Assembly (NCBI GenBank): GCA_001938485.1
Contig: MQRK01197567.1
Span: 1 to 54,351, forward strand
Source: Girardia tigrina
Lineage: Eukaryota
Direction: 5' to 3'
Length of the DNA: 54,351 nucleotides
Shown here: piece after piece, positions 25,956-39,027 of the stretch
How positions within the stretch are numbered: position 1 is the stretch's first letter
How the letters are laid out: the number at the start of each line of letters is the position of its first letter
Notes under the pieces: generated by a model
Databases searched by the model: none
What the model saw: the letters and a program-made list of their open reading frames with translations, nothing else
Told to the model about the DNA's origin: nothing
Program-made: the position numbers and the translations under genes

Positions 25956-26333
25956 CAGCTGTGGACAAAAGTCTGTTGACTTTCACATTTTCTACACATT
26001 GTGGTTCTTGCCTCCAAACACCACCATGAGAAGTGAAAATTATTTAAATGTGTTGAAAGAAAGGCTACAACNNNNNNNNNNNNNNNNNNNNNNNNNNNNN
26101 NNNNNNNNNNNNNNNNNNNNNNNNNNNNNNNNNNNNNNNNNNNNNNNNNNNNNNNNNNNNNNNNNNNNNNNNNNNNNNNNNNNNNNNNNNNNNNNNNNNN
26201 NNNNNNNNNNNNNNNNNNNNNNNNACACCCGTTACATTATTTAAATGTTATAACTATTCTGCTGTAAATGTCATAAATTTATCAAATATATTGTGCTAAA
26301 ATGTGAGAGTCAACAGACTTTTGTCCACAGCTG
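25956..26333 (+). mobile_element. Internally deleted Tc1 element inserted in the Gypsy integrase
   Basis: TIR CAGCTGTGGACAAAAGTCTGTTGACT at both ends with a TA duplication. The internal peptide WFLPPNTTMRSENYLNVLKERL is Tc1-like. Confidence 0.9.
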
Positions 26334-27959
26334 TATATGAATATTTGCGGGCGCTCCAAATCTAAATATGCACTTATGTTGGATTGTTGTAATTACTGTT
26401 GCTTGATCTTGACTATTCAGGGCCGTTAAACTTATATACCTAAATCTGTCGATAATTCCCAAAATATATTTTTTACCACCAACTACAGGCAATGGTCCAC
26501 AAAAATCTATATAAATATCATCTAAAGGGCGCTTAGATACTAAGTCAAGTGATACTTCCTTCGTTCTTCCCGTGTATGTTTTAGATAACTGACAGGTAGG
26601 ACAACTATGAACCATTAATTCTACTTCTTTTGTAAAACCATCCATATCATATTCGTCTTACATGAAAGAATGTACTCTGTATGACTCAAAGAAAGTTATA
26701 CAGTTTTTCCTAGAATTTTTTGGGATCCAAATGTTGTCTGTCAAAGTTCTTACACAACCATTACATTCCTTAAAATTTATACTACTAACACTTTAACTTT
26801 TCTAATATTTCTTTAATTTCCTCGTTACTTTGTTGCCAAAGGATATATAATTCATTTTCATCTATTGAAAGCATCCTTGTCCTTGATTTGGTTAATTTTG
26901 CTTCATCATGCTTAATAAGACATTGTGCACATGTCATGCAATCTGTTCTCGACAAAGAATCTGTATTTTGATGTAATATTCCTTTTTTGTACTCTTAAAC
27001 CATATCTAAGCTACTTAAATAATTCATCCAGTTTTGGAATTGTGGCGTTATTGGTTTCTTCGTGGTCATCATAAATTATATTGCTTTGTGGTCGGTTCGC
27101 AATTTAAAATTTGCACCATACAGATAATGTTTAAAGTGTTGGGTGAAATAAAAAATCGTCAATAACTCTTTCCTAATAATACAATAACAAATTTCATGAT
27201 TTGACATAGTTTTCAAACCATATGCAATCATTTGTTCCTCACCTTTGTCATTTATTTGAGCCAAACTGCACCTAAAGTGTCAAATGACGCATCAGTTTCT
27301 AAAATAAATTCTTTTTGAAAGTCAGGGTAACACAGTACTGGGTCGATATCAATGTTTCCTTCAATGTTTTAAATGCCTCAGTATGGGAGTCAGACCAATA
27401 AAATTTATCCTTTGAACTTCAGCATAGTTCCTCCAATAGTTTTGAAAATTTCGAATATTGATGAATAAATTTCCTGTTATAGTTTTCAAAAAATCTATTA
27501 TAAATAGAGATATGAATTTAAATATAAATGTGTTGATATTAATTTAATTATCTTAACAATAATTTCGCAATTTAAGAAAAGCATTTCGGGTATTAAAAAT
27601 TCTTTATCATTGTATTTGTGAGGAATATTTAAATTTAGTATTATTTAATTGGTAAAATTAATAATGTATGTTGAGTTTAGTATTGGGAAATGTGCTTCTC
27701 CTACCGAGATTAAAAACTTAAATTTTGGATGTTTGTGATTATTAATTGTTTGACCATCGTTTGAATTTTAGAAAACAACAAACGATTTTTAAAAATTAAA
27801 ACTATTTATATAAATTATGTTAAATGATTTCAATTTAACTTGTTTTCTACTGACTTAAATTAAAATAATGAATTTATTCATAATTAACACATTGTAAATT
27901 AAAATTAACTTTACGTCAACAGCCTTCTGGTGACTGACAGTCGAAATAAAATCTGCTGC

Positions 27960-28312
27960 AATTTAGTTAGCGAATCTTATGACTTACCATTCAGAGCAAG
28001 TTATGGACGGCTGTGACTCTTTCGTAAAAGACATGAAATCATGGTTAAAAGAATTTACAGCAAAGCTTTAAGTGCATCAAAAGAAGAAATTGAACTTTTT
28101 AGACAAAAATTAATAAACCATTTAAGTTACAAAATGTTAGTTGAATCTGAGATGTACAATGCTTGCCATTTGGTTTGTTATAGCGTAGTTTATCTGAGAA
28201 CACACAAGCCTTCAAATGTGAAAAATCGAAATCTGGAAGAAAAAATCAGTAAGCACAGAATATTGGAACTACTTTGTGCGATAGCTGATGAATCACAATA
28301 TATCACGACCTC
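27960..28312 (+). mobile_element. Tigger/pogo (jerky-like) transposase relic
   Basis: PFRASYGRL*LFRKRHEI..KALSA..FRQKL..MYNA..KISKHRI..LLCAIADES matches Tigger motifs FxASxGWL..F..RH, YNADE, SKxR and CANADG. Confidence 0.8.
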
Positions 28313-28735
28313 ATAAAATCCAAAATATGTTCAGTAATAAGTCTATTCCATCAGTGTTCTAATATCGTTTATGTATTTAAATGTAATGTGTGCGATGTCA
28401 TATACATTTGAGAGTCGGTCCGCCATCTACGTAAATAAATCTTGCACCGATAATTACAAGATTTTGTGTAAATATTTTGATAGTTAATGGGAAAGAGTGT
28501 CCTGTAAAGCATTGTTAATTAGGTCGCATGTCATAAAATCAATGTTGAAATTGCAGTCTCAACCAGCTTATTGAGAATTTATGATTAATATGATTGCATG
28601 CAATTGATTAAATAATTACTATTTTTGCATTTATATACAAGTGAATTAAATTATTAATCAGTTACCTGAAGATGACGGTTGATCTGTCGAAATATGTTGT
28701 CTTAAAATACATTTTTATAAATGAGTTTTGTTTTT
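28312..28735 (+). mobile_element. Older Penelope-like element 3' fragment (degenerate GIY-YIG plus 3' UTR)
   Basis: Homologous to 49240-49760, with stops and a deletion. Confidence 0.85.
28663..28701 (+). ncRNA. Minimal type I hammerhead ribozyme (degenerate copy)
   Basis: TAC-CTGAAGA-T-GACGG-TTGAT-CTGTC-GAAA-TATG-TT-GTC. The core is intact, stem II has a G-U pair and stem I has a mismatch. Confidence 0.7.
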
Positions 28736-29494
28736 AATTAAATCTAATTAAAATATTTTTTAATAAAAAAACACTACGCTATTTAGGTCTTCCAAAAATT
28801 AAATAAAAATTACAAATTAAAAATTTATCATCAAATTATAATACCATTTCATAATTAAATTTATTTGAATTTGAAGAATAATTTTTCCTAAAACATTTTA
28901 TTTTAATTTACTGATATAATTATTCATTTAATTATAAATGTAATTATTTTATGAAATAAAGCCAAAAGATAAGATTATATTTTAAATTAAAAATGGTTAG
29001 TAAATTTAAATTATTAAAATTAAGATGAAAAAACAATTGAAATTAAAATAATTTTCTTTATCTAATATAATAAAAATAGTAAAATTACTAATAATTGTAT
29101 CGGGAATTTAAAATTATTTATAACTTTGTGATTAATTATTCCATCAATCTGACGATCCTTCCCTCACGTTTAAGTTAAAATGTTTTACGATTATGAGGGG
29201 TTAGTTTTAAGTTTCGCCAAAATAGTTTATTATTTTTTTAATTTGAAAATTTAAAAGAAATAAATTAACAATTACAATGTAGAGTAAAAATATGATAAAA
29301 TAAATACTTATTTGAAATATGTTTACAGTAATAACAATTAACATATTTTAATAAAAGTTATAGAATAAGCTAAATAAATTTTAATTAACCGATTAATATT
29401 TTCAGAAATAATATTTTAATAAAATGGTTATTGTAAATTTAAATTAATTAGTTTTATGATTAAGTTTCGTAAGAATGTAAAATTTGGTTACATT

Positions 29495-29715
29495 AAAAAT
29501 TTGTAATTTTTTTGTAAAAAAATGTAAATTATTTAAGGTAAATTTTTTGTAAAAAAATATAAGATTATTTAAGGTTAAAATGTTGTAAAATTTTTGTAAA
29601 AAATGTAAGATTATTTAAGATTTAAATATTGTAAATTTTTTTGTAAAAAAATATAAGATTAATTAAGATCAAAATATTGTAAAATTTTTGTAAAAAAATG
29701 TAAGATTATTTAAGA
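29495..29715. repeat. AT-rich minisatellite (~40-50-bp unit TTTTTGTAAAAAAAT(A/G)TAAGATTATTTAAG...)
   Basis: About five tandem imperfect copies are visible. Confidence 0.8.
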
Positions 29716-30629
29716 ATTATTTTTTTGTATATTTTCAAAATTTAATCGAAAAATTTAATGAACTAATTTTGGGCGAAATAATTGAAGTAACAAGAAATTT
29801 GTTTAAGTATATGAATTGTAAATATTAATAAATTTTTGTGGTGTTAAATTATGACTTTAGAATGTGATAATAATGAAAGTGGCATAAACGCTACTTACAA
29901 CGATCGTTCAGAATCAATCGTTATATCGTTTTTCGTCTTTTGTTTTTAATATTTAATGACTTTTTATGATTTGTATATTTCTTCTACTTTGAGTGGCGTT
30001 GGCAGAACTTAGAACTAAATGCGCGGGAATCCGGTTAACAATATGCAACGTGATATGACATATCTATGCCTGGGAAGTTAAGCAGGAGTCGTAGTATGAC
30101 ATTCGTGTAATTGTACAGTTGAAATTATATTATTTATTTTTGTAAATGTAAGTCATTCAATAAGCATTACGTTTGAATGATTATGCAGAAGGGACATTTG
30201 AGGAACACTATAATGAAAAAAGTAGGAATTCCTACCCAAGTTTTTCCGTGTCTTAATCTTCGAATCAATATTTTCGAGTCATGAATCAGAACTTATTTTT
30301 ATTAGTCTCCGCTCGTTAAGCCACCACACTTAGTTCCAGAAAAAAAATTCGATTTAACGAGGGTAGCGGTTTACGAAACCTTTTTGAACCACCATAATTT
30401 GGTAGCCTATCGAGGTTTCAATGAATTAAATAGCTATCTGCTACCATTTATTTTCATTATTTCTGAGGTTATATAAAATCTATCGGTGAGAGTGATTTAA
30501 TCTTGAACCAACTTGTAAATTGTGTCTTTAATTTTAACCTTCCCAAATGTAGTATTATTTTTTATTGGCTATTCGCATCACCAACAGTTCAAAACCACAT
30601 AAGTAGGAGAAAACTAAAAAACTATTTTC

Positions 30630-32300
30630 TAAACTATCGTAAATTTGAACAAAAAAAGAATCGGTATCGGTACAATGGAGTAAAACATTACCGGATTCAA
30701 AATCCCAAATTCAATGCAATCCATCGTAAGCAAATCGAAACATTAAAAGTTTTGACAATTCCAAAACAGTAAATCTATAATTGAATTTGTCAAATTTTAT
30801 CGAAGTTTTTCTCATTTCGACAGCGCAAAGTTTCTTGTTGAATGGAATGAAAGATTTATATTCCAGCTTGCCAGTCAATTTTTCAAATGTTCGTTTACTA
30901 TTAACAATTTTAATGTTGGAATGATTTTAAACATTTTCCAATGTTTTCCCGTAAAATGAGTTTTTCATCAATTTTAAAAACAAATCCCAAAATGAATGTT
31001 TTCCTGCCTCCCTTCGTTTCTCTTTATATAATTCAATATATGGTCTCAGCCAAGGTGATTTTTTATATATCAATTTTCTGTGGATTTTTTTCAATTCCAT
31101 TCCCTGTTTCAAATGGAAATTCAATGTCCGTCCCTCAACAATGTATTTCATTTTATCGAGAAATGTCTGTACCAATTTCTCGATTTTATCACGTCTTTCC
31201 GGATAAACGGATTTTTCATAAGCCGAAAATTCTTCTTCCCGAATATTGGAAGCTAATCTTTCCGGACAAAATGGATAGTAGAATGATTTTCGTTTTATTT
31301 CATCGGGATATCGGAGATCGACTTCAAAAACATATCCATCTTCCGATTCCTCCTCCAATTCCTCAAATGATGGATTTTCATCTTCCGACCATTCCATTTC
31401 TCCCGTTGGAAAATACTTTGTCATTGATGAGGAATATAATGAATTTGTGTCATAATAAAGGATATAACTTTCCCGAAAATGTTAATCAAAATCATAATTT
31501 GCTTTGCCTTTTGATCTTTCAAAATCTTCCATCATCAAATCAAATTCATGTTCATTTATCTCAATCTTTCTATTGATATTCTGCTCAGTATGGCGATTAT
31601 GCGGTGTGATATATCGATTTCCCAAAACTGTCGCAACTCCGCCTCTTATTCCAGCTTCGAAAAACAATAGATTATCATATGAATCTTCCTTGAAATATTT
31701 CAATTTTTGTCTGGTAAATTTCATACCGGCTGACCAAGTCAAACCAGGAGTTGAATAACAATAACAAGGATCTATTTGATAATAATCCATACACATTTTT
31801 CGGAAATTCTGGAAAAAATCAACCAGTAACAGTACATCGGTTTTCATATATTGTCTTACATAATCTCGCATTGTTTGACACCTGAAATCCACCCAATTCT
31901 TTTTTGCCATTTCATATTCTCCAGGAGAAATATTTCTATTTGTCAAAATATTGAAAAATTCTTCATAAGACGGTATCTCGGTTTCCGATAAAATCGCCTC
32001 AATATCTTCATACGATTTGCCTTTGATATATTCGTAGGGAAATATTCTCTTTTCAACCAACAATTCAGCACAGCATCATGAAAGAGAAGATTATTTTCTC
32101 TCAAATTTTTACATTGTTCTCCTGATAATTGATTGCCACATTTTGCCAAACTACGACTATCGGTAAAGTTTCTCGCGTCCAAAATTTTCAAACATCCAAT
32201 TTTAAAAGAAATATAATTTTCCGATGTTTTCAGTAGAACAGATGTCCGTATTCGTCTTTCATAAGTGATTATCATATTTGGCATTGTTATAGAAAAAACT
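30630..32300 (-). pseudogene. Protein-primed family B DNA polymerase of a Polinton/Maverick (adintovirus-like) element, disrupted
   Basis: NNAKYDNHL (exonuclease), KRIFPYEY, YMKTDVLLL, YSTPGLTW, IRGG, motif A YYDTNSLYSSSM, motif B KLMKNSFYGKTLENV and motif C CTDTDS. Frameshifts and stops separate the track ORFs. Confidence 0.92.
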
Positions 32301-32676
32301 GGTATGAAATTAATTTTCTTTGTAAAACCAAATATTCCGGCGGAGTGATATAATCTTCATCTTGATTATTTCCCAATTCTTTTTTAATCATTTCAAGTAA
32401 AAATTTTTGTTTAGCAAATATTTCTCGTATTTCCAATTTTGTCAACGAACATCCGTCTTCGAATTTGAATCCATTGGCAATTAGTCGCAGTTCCTATTGA
32501 TCTATTGTTGTTGAATAAAAAATTAAATTGTTAAAATCCAAAAAGTTGTCTTCCAATAACATTTTCGATAACAAAACATTTTTTCCGCCACCAGATTCTC
32601 CAACAATCAATATGCGAAAAATTTTCGGGAATAATTTGTAATTGAATTTCGACTCGTACATGTCTAAAATATTCAA
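32300..32676 (-). pseudogene. Polinton/adintovirus A32/FtsK-like packaging ATPase, N-terminal part
   Basis: LFPKIFRILIVGESGGGKNVLL (Walker A)..FLDFNNLIFYSTTIDQ*ELRLIANGF. The frame continues past a single TAG and is then truncated by fusion to pPolB. Confidence 0.8.
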
Positions 32677-35339
32677 TCATTCCTTCATTTTCTTTTTATA
32701 AATTTTTTTCTGAAAAATATTATTAATTTGAAAAATAAAAAAAATTCTCGAAACGAAATGAAATGATTATTCATAATTTTAGAAATACGATTTTTTTCAC
32801 ACTAAAAAAAACAATAGAATACTTTCAAATTGGCAAATAAATATTTTAATTTGAATATTGGTTGAAAAAATATACAAAATTTCACATTTAAAAGTAAAAT
32901 TTCATCATAAAATAAAGTTGTGAAAATAATCTAAACATAACAAAAAAACAAACAAAAAATACGAATACAAATTGATATTGCGAACAAACATAATATCATT
33001 ATAAAATTTATTTAGATAGAAATAGACAAAAACAAATAAACATTATCATTTTATATTTTATTTTTTATATTTTTTTATTGATAATATTTAATGGATTTTG
33101 AAAATATTCAATTAAAAAAAAGAAGTGAAAAATCAATTGATTTTTAATAAAATTTTTAGTAGGGTTTATGGGGCACTTCTATTTCTATACTACTCCCATT
33201 TATGAATAGTTAGATTTCATATCAACATTTTTGAAAAAAATCGATACCTAGTGCTTTTGCGAATTTATGCACATTATGTGTGCAAATACTATATTATAGA
33301 TATACATTATATTATATTATACTATGTTATCAACCATTATCGTATCAACCATTCAAAACGTAACAGTATCCCAGGTGATATTGTCATGCATCCATCATGT
33401 CAACGAATTGCACAGTTAACATGTAAAATACAGAAAAATAGCGAATAATATATAAAATACTAAAAGAACTACCTTATCACTAAAAAATGTAAAAAAAAAT
33501 TATCATTTTTTTATTAATTCATGTATGTATAAAACGAGGGTGACAGTAAAATTACTCATATAAACTCAGGGATCACCTTTGCAAGCCGGGCAGACATACT
33601 TACACGTAGTGTCCCTGGGAAACTAAAATGGGTTCGACTCTGTCTCTAGGCTAAAGTGTCTGACAGCTAGCCGATATCTGCACCGACAGATTATTGTATT
33701 ACCAATGGGCTTGTAATCCACTTACTTCGTAACTTCTTGAAAATGTTATAGATATTTATATTATGAATATAAAGTGCTAAATTAAGGTTGTAATTTATAC
33801 ATATTTTAAGTAAATAATTTTTAATATTTGTTAAATGAATGAATAAATAAATATATTAAATAATAAATAAACTAATTAATAAATAAAGTTTGTGGTATGT
33901 TTTTTATAATTTATTTTATAATTTTAATATTAATTATATGATTATTTATCTAATTTTCAAACTCCTAATAAATTCGCTTCTCTGATCATTTGCATTCTTT
34001 ACAAGAATGACATTTACTCATTATTAACATCAAAAATATTCTTTTACAAAAATAAAGACAAATATAGACTCCTCGAAGGAAACTTCTTTTTTATGTTGTA
34101 CAAATATTTTAAGTCATTGTTTGCATGCAAAACTTATTGTAAATAAAATTTTCACCGGGGAAATAAAATCAAATAAAACAATTTTTTGCAAAGGACGCCG
34201 ACGATTTTTTTTCAAAATTGCATTAATTCATTTTATTATTTAGAAAATATTTGATCTAAAACGAAATTCTCCATTTAAAATTCTGTGATGAAAGATTATC
34301 TTAATCCTGATTTTGTTCAGTCCGATTATTAATGGAATTTTTGCAAATTTTTTAATAAATCTTAATTGTAATTATTTCTGACAAAATTAATCATTTTTAT
34401 TATCATTTTCTGAAAAAAATCGAAAATGTGTTTATTAACAAATTTATTTTATTTCTAAATTTTGGTGAATTTACTTTTGGACGGACGCCACTTAGTAGAA
34501 TATAGCAATGGTTGAAATGTCTTATGGGATATAAATATTCAGAGGAATACCAGGAAGTAAAGTATTAAATGACATTTTTAGCATAAAACTTGAATTGAAG
34601 ATAATGAAGAACTTCTTGGAATCTGAAATAAAATAAAATGATTATTAAATAAATATAATATTAATTAATTTAAAAAACCTTAATTGATTTTGGACTTTGA
34701 TCGGAAAATAATACAGTTATTAAAATTAATTGATCAAAAAAACTTACATAATCGATCTGATCTTTGAAATTAAAAAAAACAAATGATTATTTATTTAGTT
34801 ATTAAAAAAACTTACTTGATCGATAAGAATTTTGTTCGTAGTCGATCTAAAATGAAAAAAAATGATTGTTTTTATTTTGATTAAATAAACTTGATTGATT
34901 TGGACTTTATTATCGATAGATAACGGCAGGTGCTCATAGTGCCTGGCGAGATTGTTAACGATCAGGCAGGGAATATGAAAAAGATCTTGAAAGAGAATTA
35001 AAAACAGCCGATCAGGTGGTAGTAAACGGCGAGTACTCATAGTGCCTGATAAAGAAGAATATTTATAAAAATTAGTTTATGAGGAACTCGGAATGTATTT
35101 GATTTTGTTTACTGGTAAATCATTAGGTCAGATTCGGGTTGGAGTCGATTCGATTTCGATTCTGATTCGAGTAAGATACAAACCATTTGCCTTTGTTAGA
35201 AGAGGGATGGTACATGATATTCGTATCAAAATAGTTTGTTGGATTTAAAATGAAAAAAAGAAACTATACATAATAAAAATAATACCAAGCCAGGATATCA
35301 CACGTTTGCTCAACTTAATCACATTATTTATCTATGTAT

Positions 35340-35600
35340 AAAGTGTTTCAAAAAGTCAGTAAAATGAAAGGGAAAATGAGTAAATTATTTTTTAATTTAT
35401 GTTTTAGTTTTCTACATAATCTTTTTTAAGTTAGTAACACTTCATCCAAAAATGTACCAAAGCCCTTATGTAAATCACCTAAGTGCGATTCTTCAGGTCT
35501 TTCCATATAAATGTCGATAGCCGCTTGTGAACCTTCAGAGCAAAATCTTTTTCCCCTAAGAAAATTTTAACTCTTGAGATGAATAAGGCGAATGTTACAG
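35340..35600 (-). mobile_element. Mariner transposase C-terminal relic
   Basis: FLRGKRFCSE..AAID..LVHFWMKCY*LKKDYVE (compare LRGKRF..RWxKCI..GDYVEK). Confidence 0.75.
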
Positions 35601-36489
35601 TCGATCATACTTTCGTTCGTTCAACATTCCCATATCTTTAACTTCTGTGTGTAAACGTAAATTAAAATGCAAAATCAAAATTGGAAAAATTAACAAATGA
35701 AACTATTGATAAATTAATTGAAGAAAAAATAAATAATAATAATTTTTCCTATATTAAAGAACAAAATCAACCTCGCGTCAAATCGATGAACCGAATCGTG
35801 AAAAAATTGTTAAAAAGAAAAAAACATTTATATTTGAGAAAAAGTAATTTGATTTAAAAATTGTGAGAGAAATTATTGTAATTCAAAGGTTGATTTTGTT
35901 TGAATAAATTAATTAAATAAATTTGTGGTAAAAATTTATTAAAAGCAATAAAGAAATAATCTATACGTCGTTTTGCGACATCTTTGTAAGTCACAATGAA
36001 TATGGTATTAATATTGTTGGGTATCGAAAACATTAAAAAAACATTAAAATTCTTTGAACGCAATTTAAGAATCATCGGGATATTGAGATCCTAAAATTAA
36101 CTTCCTTAAGTGACCTTTCTACAACTTTTTAGGGAGATAAAATTCCTATGTAACCACTTTCAGTTTAAAAACAAATTGTTATGATAATGACGGTTAAACT
36201 ATCGAAAATAAAAAAATAGAAAATAATAATTTTTTTAAAAATAAAGGAACGCCATTTAAAAATGTATTTTTTGATAATATATTTCGACGGTTTAACCGTT
36301 ATCATTAGATCACTGATTATGTTCTTTTTATTGCTTTTATATAAGAAATGGACGAATATGCGATCGAAAGCTCTTAACAAATTAGTTGAGAGAGTTGTTT
36401 AAATATTGATTTTTGGATCACATGATCACAAAGCTTCATACGACATTGTCTCTCAAATATTTTTAAAATGCTTGCACAAAATCATAAAA

Positions 36490-37530
36490 TCCTTTATGTT
36501 CATATTACAGTTACACGTTTTTTATGCTCAGCAATAAGCCTCACCCGACTGGAAGGATAACTGAGTATCATAGAGACTACAGTCCTAGCATTAGCGTACA
36601 TAGACTCTGTATTATGTAGGAACCAGAAATAGATAATACAGAGCCTACTGACTTTCTCATACGGCTTTAGATGCAAGAATGCGAGCTTCCAGTACACGGG
36701 CATGCTTCTGTTTCCTAGTCAGAAAGGACCAGTCATGATCCCTCGTACCGGGATTCTGTAGAGCTTTGGCTATGTAAACACGTTTCGTACAATAAGTAAA
36801 GGGACACAGAAATATCCCCACATCATTTGTATTACTTAACCCAAAGTCGAGAACTACCCTTTGAATTGCTCTTGGGTCCGTCGCCACGTACCATTGAGGG
36901 ACACTGGCACATCATGCATCGCGATCGGGTTCGAAGATTTGGTATCTATATTACGTATTCTGTCAAGTTTAGTTTTACTAAGAGGAGTGCGCATGCAGGT
37001 ATTATGAGAAGCTTATAGCCGGGCTACGTCTTTTTCAGGTGTTTCGCAGCACTCACTCCCATAATACACTGCCGAAAAAATGCTTGATTCGATTAGTCTT
37101 CTTTTCAATGCTATAGTAACTCGGTTATTTTGAATCGCAAGCTGCGATTTAAAGTAACTTACTCATTCCAAAATGCAACCACTGACCTTTGAAGCTACCA
37201 CATGAAATCAATATACTGCCGAGGTAACAGTACTCGCTCACCCATTCTGTGACTTTATCATCACACATCACTTGCGATATTCCAGACCCCGAGTCATCAG
37301 TTAGGCACATGACTTTCGTCTTAGATGCACTAATAGTCAACCCGAATTCTGAAAATGTGCTTCTAAGTATATTCTGATTTTTACACGCACGATCAATATC
37401 AGAGTTGATGATACATAGATCATCCGCATAAGCAAGTCTATTAACTTGAAATTCGTTACCATGGTCATCGATCAGGGTAATTCCTCCCCGAATCCTTTCA
37501 GCATTGCCGTTTTGATAACTTCATCGAAGA
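36490..37530 (-). mobile_element. Non-LTR retrotransposon (RTE/CR1-like) reverse transcriptase and downstream region
   Basis: NRLAYADDLCII..FGLTISASKTKVM..VSEYCYLGS covers RT motifs 5-7. A GC-richer coding-like tail extends to about 36500. Confidence 0.85.
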
Positions 37531-38407
37531 CCAAGATTCTCAGCAATATTACTCTTTCCCCTCTTTGACTGTGTTCTTTGACTTAATATTTTTTGACAAT
37601 ATGTTTAATAATTTTACTAATAATTAAATGTAAATTTTTTAATCAATAAAAGTAAAGATACAAAATTATTTTAATTAAAATCTTAATAATAAAAATAATA
37701 TATTTTAAAAAAAATAATAAATAAAATTAACAATTCCACATTTTTCCAATAAAAATTAATTTTTTGATAAGTAAATAAATTAGACATTTTTATTAACTGA
37801 TTTGGTTGCCCCTACATATGGATTAATTAATATAATTAATTCTGTGTAATTTTATGAAATTAATTTTTTTCTAGGGTCTCAATTTGAGATAACTGAGACT
37901 GGAATTTCAATAGGACGGCTAATTAATTGATGGAGAATTTGCGGACGACGATTTTTTCTCATGTCTGAAAAAATGAGATATTTTCTATGTAAAATCTTTT
38001 TTTCTATTCATTAGTAGTTTTTATTTTTGCAAAGTACTTTCTTTTTTGCTTTTTTTTACTATAATTTTACAGATGTACGAGCAGATATACTAATGGTAAT
38101 TCATGTTTTACTAATGAAAAACTCATTACGCTTTGACGATAGAGTCCGAGAAAATATTTTTTATTAATAATTAATAATTATCTCTCTTTCCATTGATGGC
38201 GAACGAAACCTGTCTAACTTTTAGCAATGAACCATTAAATTAAATTAATCAAATATTTTTCTTGAACATTGCTGTGAGGAATATTTTTGAAGGATGTAAT
38301 TTGAATGTTATTTTAGAGTGATGTCTCTCCTACGAAGATGGAAGATTGAGATTCTTAATGTTTCGTATATTCGATTTGTTTGAACAGAATTTCCAATTTC
38401 AAATATG

Positions 38408-38409
<2 letters not shown>

Positions 38410-38449
<40 letters not shown>

Positions 38450-38499
38450 NNNNNNNNNNNNNNNNNNNNNNNNNNNNNNNNNNNNNNNNNNNNNNNNNN

Positions 38500-38548
<49 letters not shown>
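38410..38548. repeat. (TA)n microsatellite spanning a gap
   Basis: Directly visible. Confidence 0.95.
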
Positions 38549-38552
<4 letters not shown>

Positions 38553-38663
38553 CATGATTTGATGGTAAGAAATGTAATGTTCAAAGATTTTACAGAGGAT
38601 TCGATAAAAAACTTATAAGTGAAATTGAATTTCGTGTAATATAAATTAAATGAAATAACATTT

Positions 38664-39027
38664 CACCGTGCACTGTCGACATTTAATTTCTTAAAAAAGA
38701 AGAAAGTCGACCTTTTATCATGGCCAGGCAATTCACCAGACGCAAATCCTATCGAAAATGTATGGGGACTATTAAAAATGAAATTACAGACGATAAGGTG
38801 CACATCGTCAGAACAGTTGTGGGTGGTTGTTCAAAAAATATGGTACGAACTATCAAAAGACTATTGTAAAAGTCTTGTTGAATTCATACCTAGGCGATTA
38901 AAAATGATAAAGGACATGAAAGGACATTCAACTAAGTATTGAAAGTTCCACATAATAAATGTTTTGTTAAAAATTTGATCTTTTTCTCAAAATATAAGTG
39001 GGGTGAACAGACTTATGAATCATACTG
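38664..39027 (+). mobile_element. Tc1 element 3' end (open C-terminal frame plus right TIR)
   Basis: LLSWPGNSPDANPIENVWGLLK..W..LVEFIPRRLKMIKDMKGHSTKY* (stop 38940-38942). The terminus is ACTTATGAATCATACTG|TA. Confidence 0.9.

Larger units (their letters stand above)
24440..27558 (-). mobile_element. Decayed Gypsy/Ty3 LTR retrotransposon (RT end, RNase H, integrase, PPT, LTR starts)
   Basis: RNase H reads FILETDASF..LAQ..IAYG..KELL..FKHYLYG..LRTDHKAI. Integrase reads CPTCQ, DFCGP, SSPYRHRSNGIIER and YEGPYEI. The PPT AAAGAAGGAGG (24502-24512) directly precedes TGTTAGG at 24501. A homologous ~60-bp LTR start ends at 27558. The order is RT-RH-IN. Confidence 0.9.

Noticed and set aside
30503-31758. 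Plus-strand ORFs 30503-30772, 30941-31576 and 31504-31758 (likewise 6543-7291 +, 17177-17597 + and 43680-43991 -)
   Set aside because: They are antisense shadows of recognisable coding relics on the opposite strand.
33560-33730. GGTTCGACTC B-box (tRNA/SINE) and minus-strand TTACAAGCCC resembling a twister ribozyme loop
   Set aside because: I could not build a cloverleaf or a convincing A-box, and the remaining twister elements (UAA cleavage strand, P1/P2) are missing.
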